A stretch of 64,000 bases of DNA from positions 44,456,001-44,520,000 of the forward strand of contig CM097885.1 in assembly GCA_044892525.1 (NCBI GenBank). Direction: 5' to 3'. Positions 24,729 to 55,568 of the stretch are shown piece by piece. Below the pieces are notes generated by a model. That model was not told where the DNA came from. It was given only the letters and a program-made list of their open reading frames with translations, and made no database searches. The position numbers and the translations under genes were made by a program. This stretch comes from Schmidtea polychroa (taxonomy: Eukaryota). Positions within the stretch are counted from its first letter, which is position 1, and every line of letters begins with the position of its first letter.

Positions 24729-25892
24729 TTGTTTTAATAAATATTATATATCTGTATTTTAAAATATTTCTTTTAAAATAAGAGGTCGATCTTGAAGCCA
24801 CATGATTTTTAAAAGTTTGCCGACCCCTGGTCTAGATCATTGATGAAAATTGAAGATAAATAAAAACATAATTTTAAGCATAACACATATATTAATGAAA
24901 GTTTCTTACTTATCGATTTCTTCCAAAAATTACACAAAATAAATTTGACAAAATAGAGTGTGTCTTAGCAAAGAGTGTCCTTATGACTGAAATGCGTAGG
25001 TGTTTATACCTTATTTTTGGTGTGCGAGTTTGTGTGCATTTATTAGTGCAGTAAAACAAATCAGAATTATTTTAATTCTAGAATTTTCTATTTTTGATTT
25101 TTAATAATTTTCTTGGCGGTTTTTTCGCAATAATTTTTGTTTTATTTTTCAAAATTTAATTTTGTAATTATTGTTTGCTAAATTTGCCTCTATGATGGAT
25201 TTAGGCATTTCCAGAACATTCCATGTTAAATTTAATCTAATTCTTAAATTGTTTTTTGTAAATTTTTCCTAAAACTTTTTATATTTTAATTAAAATATTT
25301 ATTTTTATAACTTTTATTTCGTCATTTTTATGGATTGTTCTGGGTTTTATAATTGAAATTTGCTGTAATTTTCTCAAAATAATATTTTTAATTTAATTTT
25401 CTCTTTAATTTTTCAAATCGTCATTATTCGGATTTGTTTTTGGTTGTTTGTATGTTTTTGAACAGGTGAGCCTCTGTGTTAGGACTACTGTTCGCAATAT
25501 TCGCTGTACGTGTTCTTGAATGCCGATAGAAGGACTTACCCCTACTCCAACAGCAAATCTGTATCTGGTCCAGTGAGACGTTTTCAAAATTCTGAGTCTG
25601 TCAGCATATTTACGGCTCTAATGAATAGCATTTCTCAATACAGAATTTTGTAAAACAACATGAAAAAACATAACAACTTTTTACAAAATCTATTGTATAG
25701 AACATAACTAACACAGACATTCATGTAAAATAGCATATATTAATTATACAATGTCCATAGTCAGTGATAAACAGTATGATTTGACGGAACGTTGGCTTTT
25801 AAGTTCGCCGCGAATGTGAGGACGGATTCTTTTCAGGCCAACTATCCAACTATCATGAGTTTTTATATTCCTGAGTTTTTCAACCATGTGAT

Positions 25893-26368
25893 ATGGTTGA
25901 TTGGTGTAAGGAAAAGATTTTAGAATCAAACATTGCTAATAAACATGATTATATTAGTGGTGAATCAATACAAATTTTATTCTCCAACAAACCTAGGGAT
26001 ATTTTACATTGTGATTTTCTTTCCAAAGATAAAAAGAATCTAGTTATATTTGATGATGTTGTAAATATGAAAAATCAAGAAATTCAAAAAGGTTATTTTA
26101 CTCGAAGACGTCATAATAATTGTAATGTGATTTACATCTCTCAAACTTATTATGCCTTGGATAAAAATTCAATTAGAAACAACTCCAATTGTTTTATCTT
26201 TTTTTAATTAGAGAAGCGTGATAAGGATATGATTTATAATGATTTATTTTCAAATGTTGAACCTGATAGGACGATGTTTGATGCATTTGTTAATAACCAT
26301 TGGAAAAAAATACAATTATATTTACTTGAATAGAGAAAAGGATGAGTTACAGAAAAGCTTGTTTTAAA
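25893..26368 (+). pseudogene. Polinton packaging ATPase (A32/FtsK-like), C-terminal part
   Basis: NLVIFDDV (Walker B), YFTRRRHNNCNVIYISQTYY, IRNNSN; internal stop at 26205-26207. Confidence 0.85.
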
Positions 26369-26396
26369 AACTTGTTTTTAAAATTTTTCCAAAATG

Positions 26397-27330
26397 TTAA
26401 AAACTTGATTTCTGTAATTCATTATTATAAAATCTACCTAATATTTCTTCATTATTTTCATCGATGATACCATATGTCTTTGGAACTGTATGATGTATTT
26501 TATTTATAATAAAAATTTCATTTGTCCATTTTGCTGTGAATCCTTTTTCAAATTTATTTTTATATTTAAATATTCTTACTCTATCACCAATTTTAAACTT
26601 TGGTTTTTCTAATTCTTGTTACGGAGCCAAAACTTGTTTTGGTTCTAAAACTGGGTTTGTGGAAGCATTTAAAGGTGTTTCTTTAATAGAGCTATGTACA
26701 TCATTATTATATTCATTTACCATCTTTTGAAATAATTCATTGTCCAATTTTGTTTTCCAATAGCAGTAAAATATTTCCACATTTTATTTTTTAATGTTCT
26801 ATTTAATCTTTCAACTACGACTGCTTTTCCTTCGTTTTCTGTTGAATATAATTTAATATCATTTTCTTGTAAAAATTTGTAAAAACTTTGTTATAAAACT
26901 CTGTTCCTTTATCACACCATAAATATTTTGGAATTCTTTGATGTTCTTCAAATATATTTTCAAATGCTTCTGTAATAGAATATCCTGTTTTATTTTCTAA
27001 ACATCTTGCAAAAGCAAATCTTGGTTGGCATAAAGTCTAAATCAGCAGACCAAGTATGATCTTTTTCATAAACTTGAACTTTTAGATATTTTTTATTTTT
27101 TCTAAATTCATGGTGTAATTCGTTAGCATATTTTATTTGTGATTCTGTGGGGATTAATAAACTTTTATTAGTAAAACTGGTTTTGCTAATAAAAGAATCA
27201 GTCTTGGATGTATTTCAATGTCTGCTTGTTCAATAATCTTTTTATTAGCAACATCTTTTGCCATCCTTGGTAAACTAGCACCCATGAGAATCGGATTGTG
27301 TCCCACGCCTATGAAAATTTTACCCTTCAT
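26397..27330 (-). pseudogene. Polinton retroviral-like (rve) integrase
   Basis: ANELHHEFRK, HTWSADL, LWCDKGTEF, VERLNRTLK, PKFKIGDRVRI, FEKGFTAKWTNEIF, GRFYNNELQK; frameshifts present. Confidence 0.9.
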
Positions 27331-27354
27331 TCTAATTTAACTAGAGCTCTTTTC

Positions 27355-27431
27355 ATATGAGCAGTGGAAATCTACTCAATCAGTAGTAAGAATAGGCAGC
27401 GGTTCAAATCCTAAGTCAAACTATTTTTTTT
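27355..27431 (+). ncRNA. tRNA-like Pol III unit 1 (putative)
   Basis: A-box-like TGAGCAGTGG, B box GGTTCAAATCC (27401-27411), T8 run; near-duplicate of unit 2; no cloverleaf evident. Confidence 0.45.
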
Positions 27432-27544
27432 ATAGTATAATATATTAAAAAATATGTATAAAATATATAGTGTGTATATATCAATATTTTTTAAAATAAA
27501 TATGAAATTTATACTAACAATTTAAAAAAATGACAAAAATCGAA

Positions 27545-27624
27545 ACCCTGATAGCCCAGTGGGAATATACTCAATCAGCAGTAAGAATAGACAGTGGTTC
27601 AAATCCCAAGTCAAACTATTTTTT
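27545..27624 (+). ncRNA. tRNA-like Pol III unit 2 (putative)
   Basis: A box TAGCCCAGTGG (27552-27562), B box GGTTCAAATCC (27596-27606), T6 run. Confidence 0.55.
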
Positions 27625-27715
27625 ATATATAAAATATATAATGTGTGTGTGTATTAATATATTTTTATATATATTATTATTTTCTATATAAATATGAAAA
27701 AATATTTTATTGAAA

Positions 27716-27800
27716 TGGATGTGGTTGGCGAATCGGGAACTACCGCCACCAGTCTTTCGTACACCCATTGGATCGAATCCCACCCGAGTCGACTTATTTG
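27716..27800 (+). ncRNA. tRNA-like Pol III unit 3 (putative; second copy at 35778-35862)
   Basis: A-box-like TGGCGAATCGG, B-box-like GGATCGAATCC (27770-27780), stem ATGG(G/A)TGTG..TACACCCAT; GC-rich island in AT-rich DNA. Confidence 0.4.
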
Positions 27801-30056
27801 TCTTTGGTTTCCTCTTTCGAATCTCTTTCAAATTTCGTTTCATACTTTCGGTAATGCGTGTAAAACACCATTACAACTATCAAATTGATTCTGATGAATG
27901 AGCCTGGCCAGCTTGTATATTGGAATTGATTTGATAAAAGAAAGAGATTAAAAATTAAAAAACGATCCGGATCAAAAAAACAAAAAAACTGTTGAGAGGA
28001 CAGTGGAAAAAAAAATTAAAAAAAAATACCACTGTCCTCTCAGAGCAGTTTTACTGTTTCATAAATTTTTTTTATTCTTTCAATTACAAGACATCAAGAT
28101 TATAAATCATTGAAATCATATATTTTTCAATTTTTATATTTATTCAATTTTTATATTTTTCAATTTTTATATTTTTTATGTCAAAGTGTAGTAGTGTATA
28201 TAATGGGAAATTACTAGATAAAAAAATTACTTAGAATTCAACAAATCTTTAGATTGAAGTTTTTATTACACACATATTTTGGCTATCTAAATTTTTCAAA
28301 GTACCCATCTTTTTTAAAAAAATATTTTTTCAATGTTTATATTTTGGGTATCTAAATTAAAAAGTTTTTTTTTCGGTGTTAAAAATCGTTAATGTTAAGA
28401 TTTTTTAAATTAGTAATACCTTAGTTCGGTGGGGTGAGCTGGTGTTCCAATTATATACACTACTAATTTTGTTAAGACCAAAAAAATGCGTTCACGTCTA
28501 TCTATATCTGAAAGAGAAAGGAAAGTTGGCTCTAATCAATGTTACCCTGCTTAGTGAAAGAAAATACGTGGTAAGTCGAAGAAAGTAAAGGCTAATACTA
28601 GTATAACAAGGCAACTTGTCTAATAAATGGTTTCTTAAACATTTTTATTTTTTTTGGCATTCATTTTTAATATTGTCACTCTTTTATAAAATTTAAGACA
28701 GTAATTAACGATGTTAGAGCGCAAAATCTTGCATAAAGCCCTCGTAACGATTAATATTAATAACTTTCTAAATTTGTGTGGCTTGTAGTAAAATCGTGTG
28801 TCAATATAAAGGTATTTTCTAAATTTAAGTGTCGAAAATAAAATTTGTGTGTGATGAAGTAATTTTATGTAAATAAAATAAAATTTATGGGTGAAAAATA
28901 CCCAACCGTAAATAAATCGAAAATTGTGTGTGATGATTAGTTTTTGTGTGCTATCTAATAAAAATGCAAGTTCATTTTTTGATTGATTTTTAAAAATTAC
29001 ATTACAATAATACACATGACTGGATTTTGTTGTGTACTTTATTTTCATTTTCAATAAATGGCTCTACACACGTGAGGTTCCGACTTTATAATCATGTTAC
29101 TGAAAATTCTATACATAAATGACAAATTATATACAATATAAAAATTTAGACAATTTAATCTAAACTTGAATGATCCTGACGATAATCGAAACTAGAAATT
29201 AGATCATTTGGCATTTCATACATAAGTGCAAAATTATTAGGTCTTTTACCCATCGACTCTCAAAGTACTACTGTGTATCATCTGAATCGCTTGATATCAA
29301 TCGGATTAATAATATGCCTATGACTTTCTAGAACCTTGACTTAAGTTTTGCAGTGATCTCTATGAATGTTATTGAATGTTAGTGCATACATAAAGTTGTC
29401 ATTATTTTTTTTTAATTTATTTGGTTTAATTTACGATTTTAATACTTATTTAATTATTATTTTATTTTTTTCTACATTTTTATTATTGCCATGATGGATT
29501 TAGAATTTATTTCTTATGTTGTCTTTTTGTTGTGTTTACATATAATATTTTGCAGCACTGCGTTTTTGTTAATAATTTATTTTTCGTGTTTATTATTTTT
29601 TATTTATTTTGTTGCCTTTCTTTTGTTTTCTTATTGATGTCTTACTGTTAATGATGGATTAAATATCCATTTAATTTTACCTTTAGGAAACTCCCTTTTT
29701 AACCTGTAATCCTCAATACTGAGTTCATCAACTTCATTCAAAGCTCCGACAAAATTCATCTCATCAGAAATTATCAATTATTGTCATCATATACTCATAA
29801 ATCATAAAACTACCCGAATAAATGAGTCAGTATCCAGTACATGGGTCAATTCTATATACAGTGCTTAGCATTTTAAGCACGTAAACAAATAATAATTCAT
29901 CTTATTCATTAGATTCCTTCTCAAATGCTCTGTGAGAAAAGCCCAGCAAAATCGACTCCAACTCTCCGAAGTAGTCATAAGGCCCATGGAATCTAAAATT
30001 TTGAATTGGTGCTATTTAGAATTTAATTGTTTCAGTTTGTTTATTCCTTTTTATTT

Positions 30057-30234
<178 letters not shown>

Positions 30235-30239
30235 CTTAT

Positions 30240-30790
30240 CTAATTTAGCTTATCTAATTTAAAAAGGATGAAAAAGTTGGAGTTGTTTCTAATTGAATTT
30301 TTATCCAAGGCATAATAAGTTTGAGAGATGTAAATCACATTACAATTATTATGACGTCCTCGAGTAAAATAACCTTTTTGAATTTCTTGATTTTTCATTT
30401 TTATAACATCATCAAATATAACTAGATTCTTTTTATCTTTGGAAAGAAAATCACAATGTAAAATATCCCTAGGTTTGTTGGAGAATAAAACTTGAATTGA
30501 TTCATCACTAACATAATCATTTTTATTAGCAATGTTTGATTCTAAAATCCTTTCCTTGTACCAATCAACCATATCAGATGGTTGATGTACGTCATCAGGG
30601 CATCTGTGTTGATTTTTAAAAATATCAATGATTGCTTTTTTAGTTAATTTATTTTCAAATCCATATTTCACAAGTTGTAGTTCTGGTTGGTTTATAGTTG
30701 TAGAATAAAATATTAAATTATTATAATCTAAAAGCTCATCCTCGAGTAACATTTTCAAAAGAAGTACATTCTTTCCACATCCTGAAGATT
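30240..30790 (-). pseudogene. Polinton packaging ATPase
   Basis: SSGCGK Walker A remnant (~30770-30790), LVIFDD Walker B, TRGRH; homology to arm A stops at the (TA)n tract. Confidence 0.88.
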
Positions 30791-30842
30791 AATAAATATA
30801 CACTTTAAGTTTTTAAAATTTTTCCAAAATTTTAAAAACAAA

Positions 30843-31660
30843 ATGAGTGAGTATTCAATATTGGATTTTTTAAAAACATTTGGAATTGATACAAAAACAA
30901 ATTTTGATTTAAAAGACTATGCAAATTATTTAAATTTATCAATTAAAGTATTAATGAATGATGAATTGCACAAGATTGGTAAAACCAAGAAAAATAATAT
31001 AATTATCAATTATCAAAACTCTAATGAAAAGGATCTCATTGGGTTGCAGTTTATAATCGAACTCTATATTTTGATTCATATGGAATTAAACCTACAAAAG
31101 AAGCTGAAGAATATTTAGGACAAGAATACACTTGGAATACTCTACAGGTTCCAACGCCGTACTATCGCAAGTGCAACAAGTGCAATCGCACTGGGCCCCC
31201 TATTTTTGAGGGCCCCAAATATTAAATACATTAGAAAAACTTCTCCAATACCAAAAATTACTACGAATTGAAAGAAAAAAAAAATTTGAAAATTCAAAAT
31301 TCGTTTAACTTTCAAAAAAATCTAGTTGGCAACGATTTAATTTGAAACAAATATACCTAATAATTCAGTTGTTTTTTGCTTCAAATTGTTATCTTCTGTT
31401 TGTTTATTATATCGTCTTATTTAATCAATAAAAAATTAATTCAAATTAAAAAAAAAATTTTTTTAGTTTCTGCACAGGGCTCCCAAAAGTTACAGCACGG
31501 CGCTGACAGGTTCAACCTGACAACACTAAAATATGTGGAGTTTTGTGTTTATATGTTTTGTATAAATTAAATCAACTTGTTCATTAAGTTGAAGATGATC
31601 TTGAAAAAATTGAATATGAATTTATAAATATAATCCAAGAAATCTATAATAATCTGGAAA
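30843..31660 (+). pseudogene. Adenain-like cysteine protease of the Polinton, split by a MITE
   Basis: IINYQNSNEK[G]SHWVAVY, YFDSYGIKP, WNTLQV|QPDNTKICGVLCLYVL once 31152-31505 and one TSD are removed. Confidence 0.85.
31152..31505. mobile_element. hAT-type MITE
   Basis: TIR CAACGCCGTACT / AGCACGGCGCTG; 8-bp TSD ACAGGTTC (31144-31151, 31506-31513). Confidence 0.9.
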
Positions 31661-31718
31661 CTTTATTATAATAAAAATTTTATTACAATAAAAACTTTAA
31701 TAATTTTTTACTAGTAAA

Positions 31719-32203
31719 ATGGAGTCAAGTTTAAAAATAATCGAGAGTATAATATCTACAAAATATTCCATAACTTTATCAGTTAATTCTGACAAGTCTG
31801 ATTTTACTATATATTTTGAAAAACCTATAAATTTAAAATCTGATTTAAATTATGAATTGGGGTTATTATGGTTTAGTTGTTACAACACAATTTTCAATAT
31901 AAATAACAACAATAATAAGTTCACTACAAAGAGTGAATCAGGACAAATAAAAAATGTAACAATTGAACCAGGGGCATATGAAATATACGTAATGGTAAAG
32001 AAACAAATATCTTGTATTCTTTTCCTTCTAACACTGTAGTAATGAAATATAAAATTATTGAAAGAATGAACCCTCCAAACTATTTGCCATTATGTAGAAA
32101 ATATTTAAACTCTATTAGTTTTAAAATTGTTGATGGAAATGGTGAATTAATAATTTTTAATGGTGAAGAAATTTCCTTGTATTTACACTTGAAGCAAGTT
32201 TAA
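31719..32203 (+). pseudogene. Polinton minor capsid (penton), internally deleted
   Basis: SDFTIYFEKPINL, YELGLL..YNTIFNI, IEPGAYEI, ILYSFP, YKIIE..PPNYLPL..LNSISFKIVDGNGELIIFNGE. Confidence 0.75.
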
Positions 32204-32225
32204 ATTAAAAATTATTACTATAAAA

Positions 32226-33032
32226 ATGATTTCTTATACTACTTGTAATAGAAGTGGTGGTACAATTGAAAGTAGATTGGATGTTAAACAAGTATTATCT
32301 ATTACAGAAAATAAATATATCAATGAAAAAGGTGATGGTATGAGGTGCGATTTAGACATGAATGGACACAAGATAAAAGAATTATCTTGACCAATCAATG
32401 AAGGGGATGCAGTTAATAAAAAATATACTGATTTAACAACAAGAATTGAAAGTTTATTAACAACAAAATTTGATTCAATGGAAACCGGGGTTAATGCCTT
32501 GATAGAATCCAAAGTTAATTCTTTGATGGAATCCAAGCTTAATAATATCGAACAGCGATTTAATGATAAATTTATTAAGTTACAAAGTCAGTTAACTGAA
32601 CAAGTTGTAAAGTTAAATGCTGCCATATTAAATTCTACAGATAAACAAATTATGGATACTAAATTTAATGCAATATATAACACAATAAATGAGATAATTA
32701 CATCATTTAATAAAAGAGTTTCAAATTTAGAGTCTCACACAACACATATTAACCCTAAACACACCATTAGAAAAAGAGCTGCTGAATTACAAGAGAATCA
32801 TGCATTATTACCTAATACATATAAATATTTAACAGAGCCAATTTCAATAACAACAAATAGTAATCAATGGTCTTGTTTTATGATTGTAAAAGTTATTGAT
32901 CCATATTTCTTTTTATTTACTGATGATGATGACAATGATCAAACAATGAAATGGTTCGTGAAATGTGATTATAATAGTAAGCTTAAAAAGGATGATGTTA
33001 TAATGACTAGTTATGATTTGTCACATGGGTAA
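32226..33032 (+). pseudogene. Fiber/adhesin-like Polinton protein with coiled coil; internal TGA at 32388
   Basis: GDGMRCDLDMNGHKIKELS*PINEGDAVNKKYTD resembles tail-fiber/YadA-type neck repeats and is in frame with the 32478-33032 coiled-coil ORF. Confidence 0.6.
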
Positions 33033-33036
33033 TTGG

Positions 33037-34360
33037 TATAGTTCCTCAATTACCGTATGTTTTATTTTACCGGTAAACGGAAAATTAACAATCGTATTAC
33101 CGGTAAAACCGGTAAATTTCGGTAATAAACATTTTACCAGAAATTAAAACAAAATCATGGTTTAATTGAAAAAAAACATTACAATATGTTTATTTCATAC
33201 ATATTATTTAAAAGAAATCATTCAAGAAAAGAACTAAATACAAAAATTTAAATTATTCATTATTTTTGTTAACATTTTGTTTCAAAAAGAAATATTTAAG
33301 GAAAACGATAATGTGCAAATTTTCATCCGATAACCTAGTTCTTATTTTAGTGCAAACTCGGCTCGCTATAGAGAATGTTCTTTCATTGTCTGTAGATGTT
33401 GGTTTTGCGGTTTGCAGAGCTTCGAACAAAAGTGTGAGATTATGACTTTTTTCCCGGATACTTCAAAAAATAAAAACTCTTTCTGGACTGATGATAATAA
33501 TCCTACTGGTTTACTGGAAATGGAAACCATATCTGTAGAAATAGCTTTTTGAAATTGAGATTTCAAGTCAGTCCTCTTCCAAAATAATTTCTTTCTCATT
33601 TGCAATTGAACTCTGGTCAGTTTCATCAAAATATTTTGTCACGCCATAATAAGAGAAACCATCTAAAGCAATTAGTCTAAACACAATCTCGTCTAAAGTT
33701 TCACGTTGTAAATAACTGGATATTAATATTTTATCCTTTTTAAATGTAGAGGCAGAAGTACTAGGACCTGCATCATTATCAGCTGCTTTTTTGATCAAAA
33801 TTTTATGTACAAGTTTAAGGTGCGAAATCATTCCACTTGTTGAACCACCATCACATTTAATAGATTTTTTTACATAATCTGCATATAGCTTCTTTATTAC
33901 TGTCTTTTCGCTTTTCAAAATGCTCCCAAACATTTGAAGAACCCATATTCTATTTAAACAATATTCTATTTAAACAATATTCTATTTAAACAATATTCTA
34001 TTTATTAAAAAATATTAATTTTTCAATATAATTTTATTTTAATAATAAATCAATAACGTTATAGATAAATCTTATATTACTTACGAGATTTTTTCTTTCT
34101 AAAAATTTGTTTCTATGTATTACGAAATATTATTTTTTTAAAATAAAAAATCACAAAATCACATGCACATGTAGTTCTTTAAGTAATTCAGTTTTACTGG
34201 TTTTTATATTTATTGTTATAGGATAAATATTATATTTTTTTATTTTGCACAATAACCGTATTACCGGTAATTTAGTAAATATTTTTACCGGTAAACGGTA
34301 ATGTAAAAATGCGCAATTTACCGGTAAACGGTAAAGGTTTTTACCGGTAGAGGAACTATA
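33037..34360 (-). mobile_element. Internally deleted hAT (Ac-like) element
   Basis: TIR TATAGTTCCTC / GAGGAACTATA; 8-bp TSD GTAATTGG; subterminal ACCGGTAAACGG repeats; BED-finger remnant CDGGSTSGMISHLKLVH. Confidence 0.88.
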
Positions 34361-34655
34361 GTAATTGGTATGATAATACTGAATCGCATAAAACATATAA
34401 AGCCAAAAGTAAGAATATTAATTTTGCTAGTTCACTAGTACATTATATAGATTTAATATTTTATGATAAAAGATTGATGCTAACGAGGTTCGTAAAGCGT
34501 TGTCCGAGTTGTATAAAGATGTGCTCACATCAAGACCATGTGATATACGAGTGTTGGCGTCAAACAGCAAACTCTTGTTTTTATAAAACTTTCTGTTAGC
34601 AAAACTTGTTTTTAATAAATCTTGATTCTTTGAAATGGAAATTAAAATATATAAA

Positions 34656-35245
34656 ATGGAGGAGGTCAAAGAAGATAAAATTTACCCAGAATTAAAATTT
34701 TTGAATTAAAATGAAATTTTAAATCAAAATAAACATCCATCAGCACCTAGTGAATTAGAAGTTATGAGAGTAAATGAATTCAAATCTGAAAAACTTCATT
34801 TAGAAGATTTATTAAGACATTTAAACATAGATGGAATAGAGCCGATACTTGTTTAAAGATTGCTGGTTGTTGTTTAGGTTTTGCAACAGGAATATTAACA
34901 ATTATATTGCCTGTAACTTTACCAGTTATAACACTTGTAACAACAGTTCTTGGAAGTATTACAGCTGCAGATATTTTCTTGACTGAAGTTTTGTCTGTAT
35001 CATACACTGCAAAAAAGAAGAGTTTATATCGTGAAGTATGTTCATCAATAGATGTAGGAATGGCAAAATTATTTTTATTTCATTTAAAAGCCATGGAAGA
35101 TGGAGTCTTGACGAATGATGAAATTTTAAAATCTAATAAAATAATTCAAGATATAAAAGATGAAATTATAAAGATAAAAAATGCAAATCAAATATCCCGA
35201 GGATATTCAAAAAAAAGACCCACGAGAGAAATGGTTAAAGAATAA
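34656..35245 (+). pseudogene. Polinton-associated membrane protein (hydrophobic hairpin, C-terminal coiled coil)
   Basis: Across two frameshifts: MEEVKEDKIYPELK..HPSAPSE..KIAGCCLGFATGILTIILPVTLPVITLVTTVLGSITAADIFL..KAMEDGVLTNDEI. Confidence 0.55.
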
Positions 35246-35251
35246 TTAAAA

Positions 35252-35715
<464 letters not shown>

Positions 35716-36244
35716 GCTATTTTATTTTTTTATTAATTAATTAATATTTAAACAAATGTGAAAAAAAAGTTATTGAAATGGGTGTGGTTGGTGAACCGGG
35801 AACTACCGCCACCAGTCTTTCGTACACCCATTGGATCAATCCCCACTCGAGTCGACTTATTTGTCTTTGGTTTCCTCTTTCGGATTCGCTTTCAAATTCA
35901 TTTGTACTTTCGGTAATGCTGATAATAACACCATTGAGATGCATTACAACTATCGAATTGATTCTGATGTATGATTCTGACCAGCTTGTATATTGGAAGA
36001 GATTCGATAAACTAAAGAGGTTAAAATTGATAAATAAAAAAATGATCCCGATCAAAAAAAATGTTGAGAGGACAGTGGGAAAAAAAACAAATACCACTGT
36101 CCTCTCAGAGCAGTTTTACTATTTCATAAATTTTTTTTTATTCTTTAAATTACAAGACATCAAGATTACAAATAAAAAAAATAATTAATTATTAATTTCA
36201 TCCATAAATATTCACACAATAACAACTTATTTTTTGTATATATA

Positions 36245-36310
36245 GCAGTAATAGCTTAGTGGTAATAGCAATACCAATGGGTTCAAAACCCATTTAGGTC
36301 ACTTTTTTTT
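36245..36310 (+). ncRNA. tRNA-like Pol III unit 4 (putative)
   Basis: A box TAGCTTAGTGG (36252-36262), B-box-like GGTTCAAAACC (36280-36290), T8 run 36303-36310. Confidence 0.45.
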
Positions 36311-37098
36311 CAAACTTCTTTTAACGAATATTGATCAGCATACTCGATTTAGTACCTTTACAAATTTTTAAGGTAATTAGTCAACGACATCTCTTAGAAA
36401 TTTTTATATTTTTATGTTAAAGTCTAGTAGTGTATATAATGGGAACACCAGCTTACCCTCACCTATTTTAGAAATCACTAGATTCAACAAATCTTTAGAT
36501 TGAAGTTTTTATTAAACAAATATTTTGGGTATCTATTTTTTTCAAAGCACCCATTTATGTTTAAAATATTTTTTTCAGTTTTAAGAATCGTTTATGTTAA
36601 GATTTTTTAAATTAGTAATACCTTAGACGGGTGGGGTGAGCCGGTGTTCCCATTATATACACTACTAAAGGGTTAATATAAGCATAGACTATCTGTTAAT
36701 TATAAACCCAATAAATTTTATTTCCAATTTACTTCTGTTCGTTTTCATATAACCACAACATATTTGTCATATGAAAATTATTCAAAATTTGTTTCTCCGA
36801 AAAATTTAATCAACCACTATTTGTTACACATATTAAATGCATTAATAAAAATCACATTAATTTATTTTTAAAAAACGCAAATGCGCATTTACAAATTGAC
36901 AAATGAAAATCATTACATTAAAAGAGCAAAATTACATTACAAAATTACATTAATCATTAACATACCTGCATGCCAGTTAACAATGAATTGCTATGCTCCA
37001 TTGTCAGTACAAACCTGACGTTTTCATTGGTGCCTTGACAACAAATTAGAATAATCAATATCAGTTAAGCAACATCAGAATTCTCGAGCTGCATTTAA

Positions 37099-55568
<18,470 letters not shown>

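Larger units (their letters stand above)
19515..24829 (+). mobile_element. hAT (Charlie/Buster group) transposon, 5315 bp, with internal cargo
   Basis: TIRs CAGGAGTCGGCAAA / TTTGCCGACCCCTG; perfect 8-bp TSD GTCTAGAT (19507-19514, 24830-24837). Confidence 0.92.
25880..28464 (-). mobile_element. Polinton/Maverick arm A (terminal repeat, integrase, ATPase 3' part)
   Basis: Ends in TATACACTACT (reverse complement AGTAGTGTATA, Polinton-type terminus); contains rve integrase and A32-like ATPase; ~27690-28464 is repeated at ~35750-36666. Confidence 0.85.

Noticed and set aside
27355..27800. Calling the Pol III-like units true tRNA genes
   Set aside because: No convincing acceptor or anticodon stems; kept only as tRNA-like promoter units.
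33946..34003. 16-bp tandem repeat ATATTCTATTTAAACA, and repeats at 61327-61615, as CRISPR-like arrays
   Set aside because: No regular unique spacers, eukaryotic context; simple slippage or TE subterminal repeats.
35741..36188. Overlapping 118- and 136-aa ORFs in the Polinton terminal repeat
   Set aside because: The frames are broken in the second copy (27616-27901); no recognisable domain.
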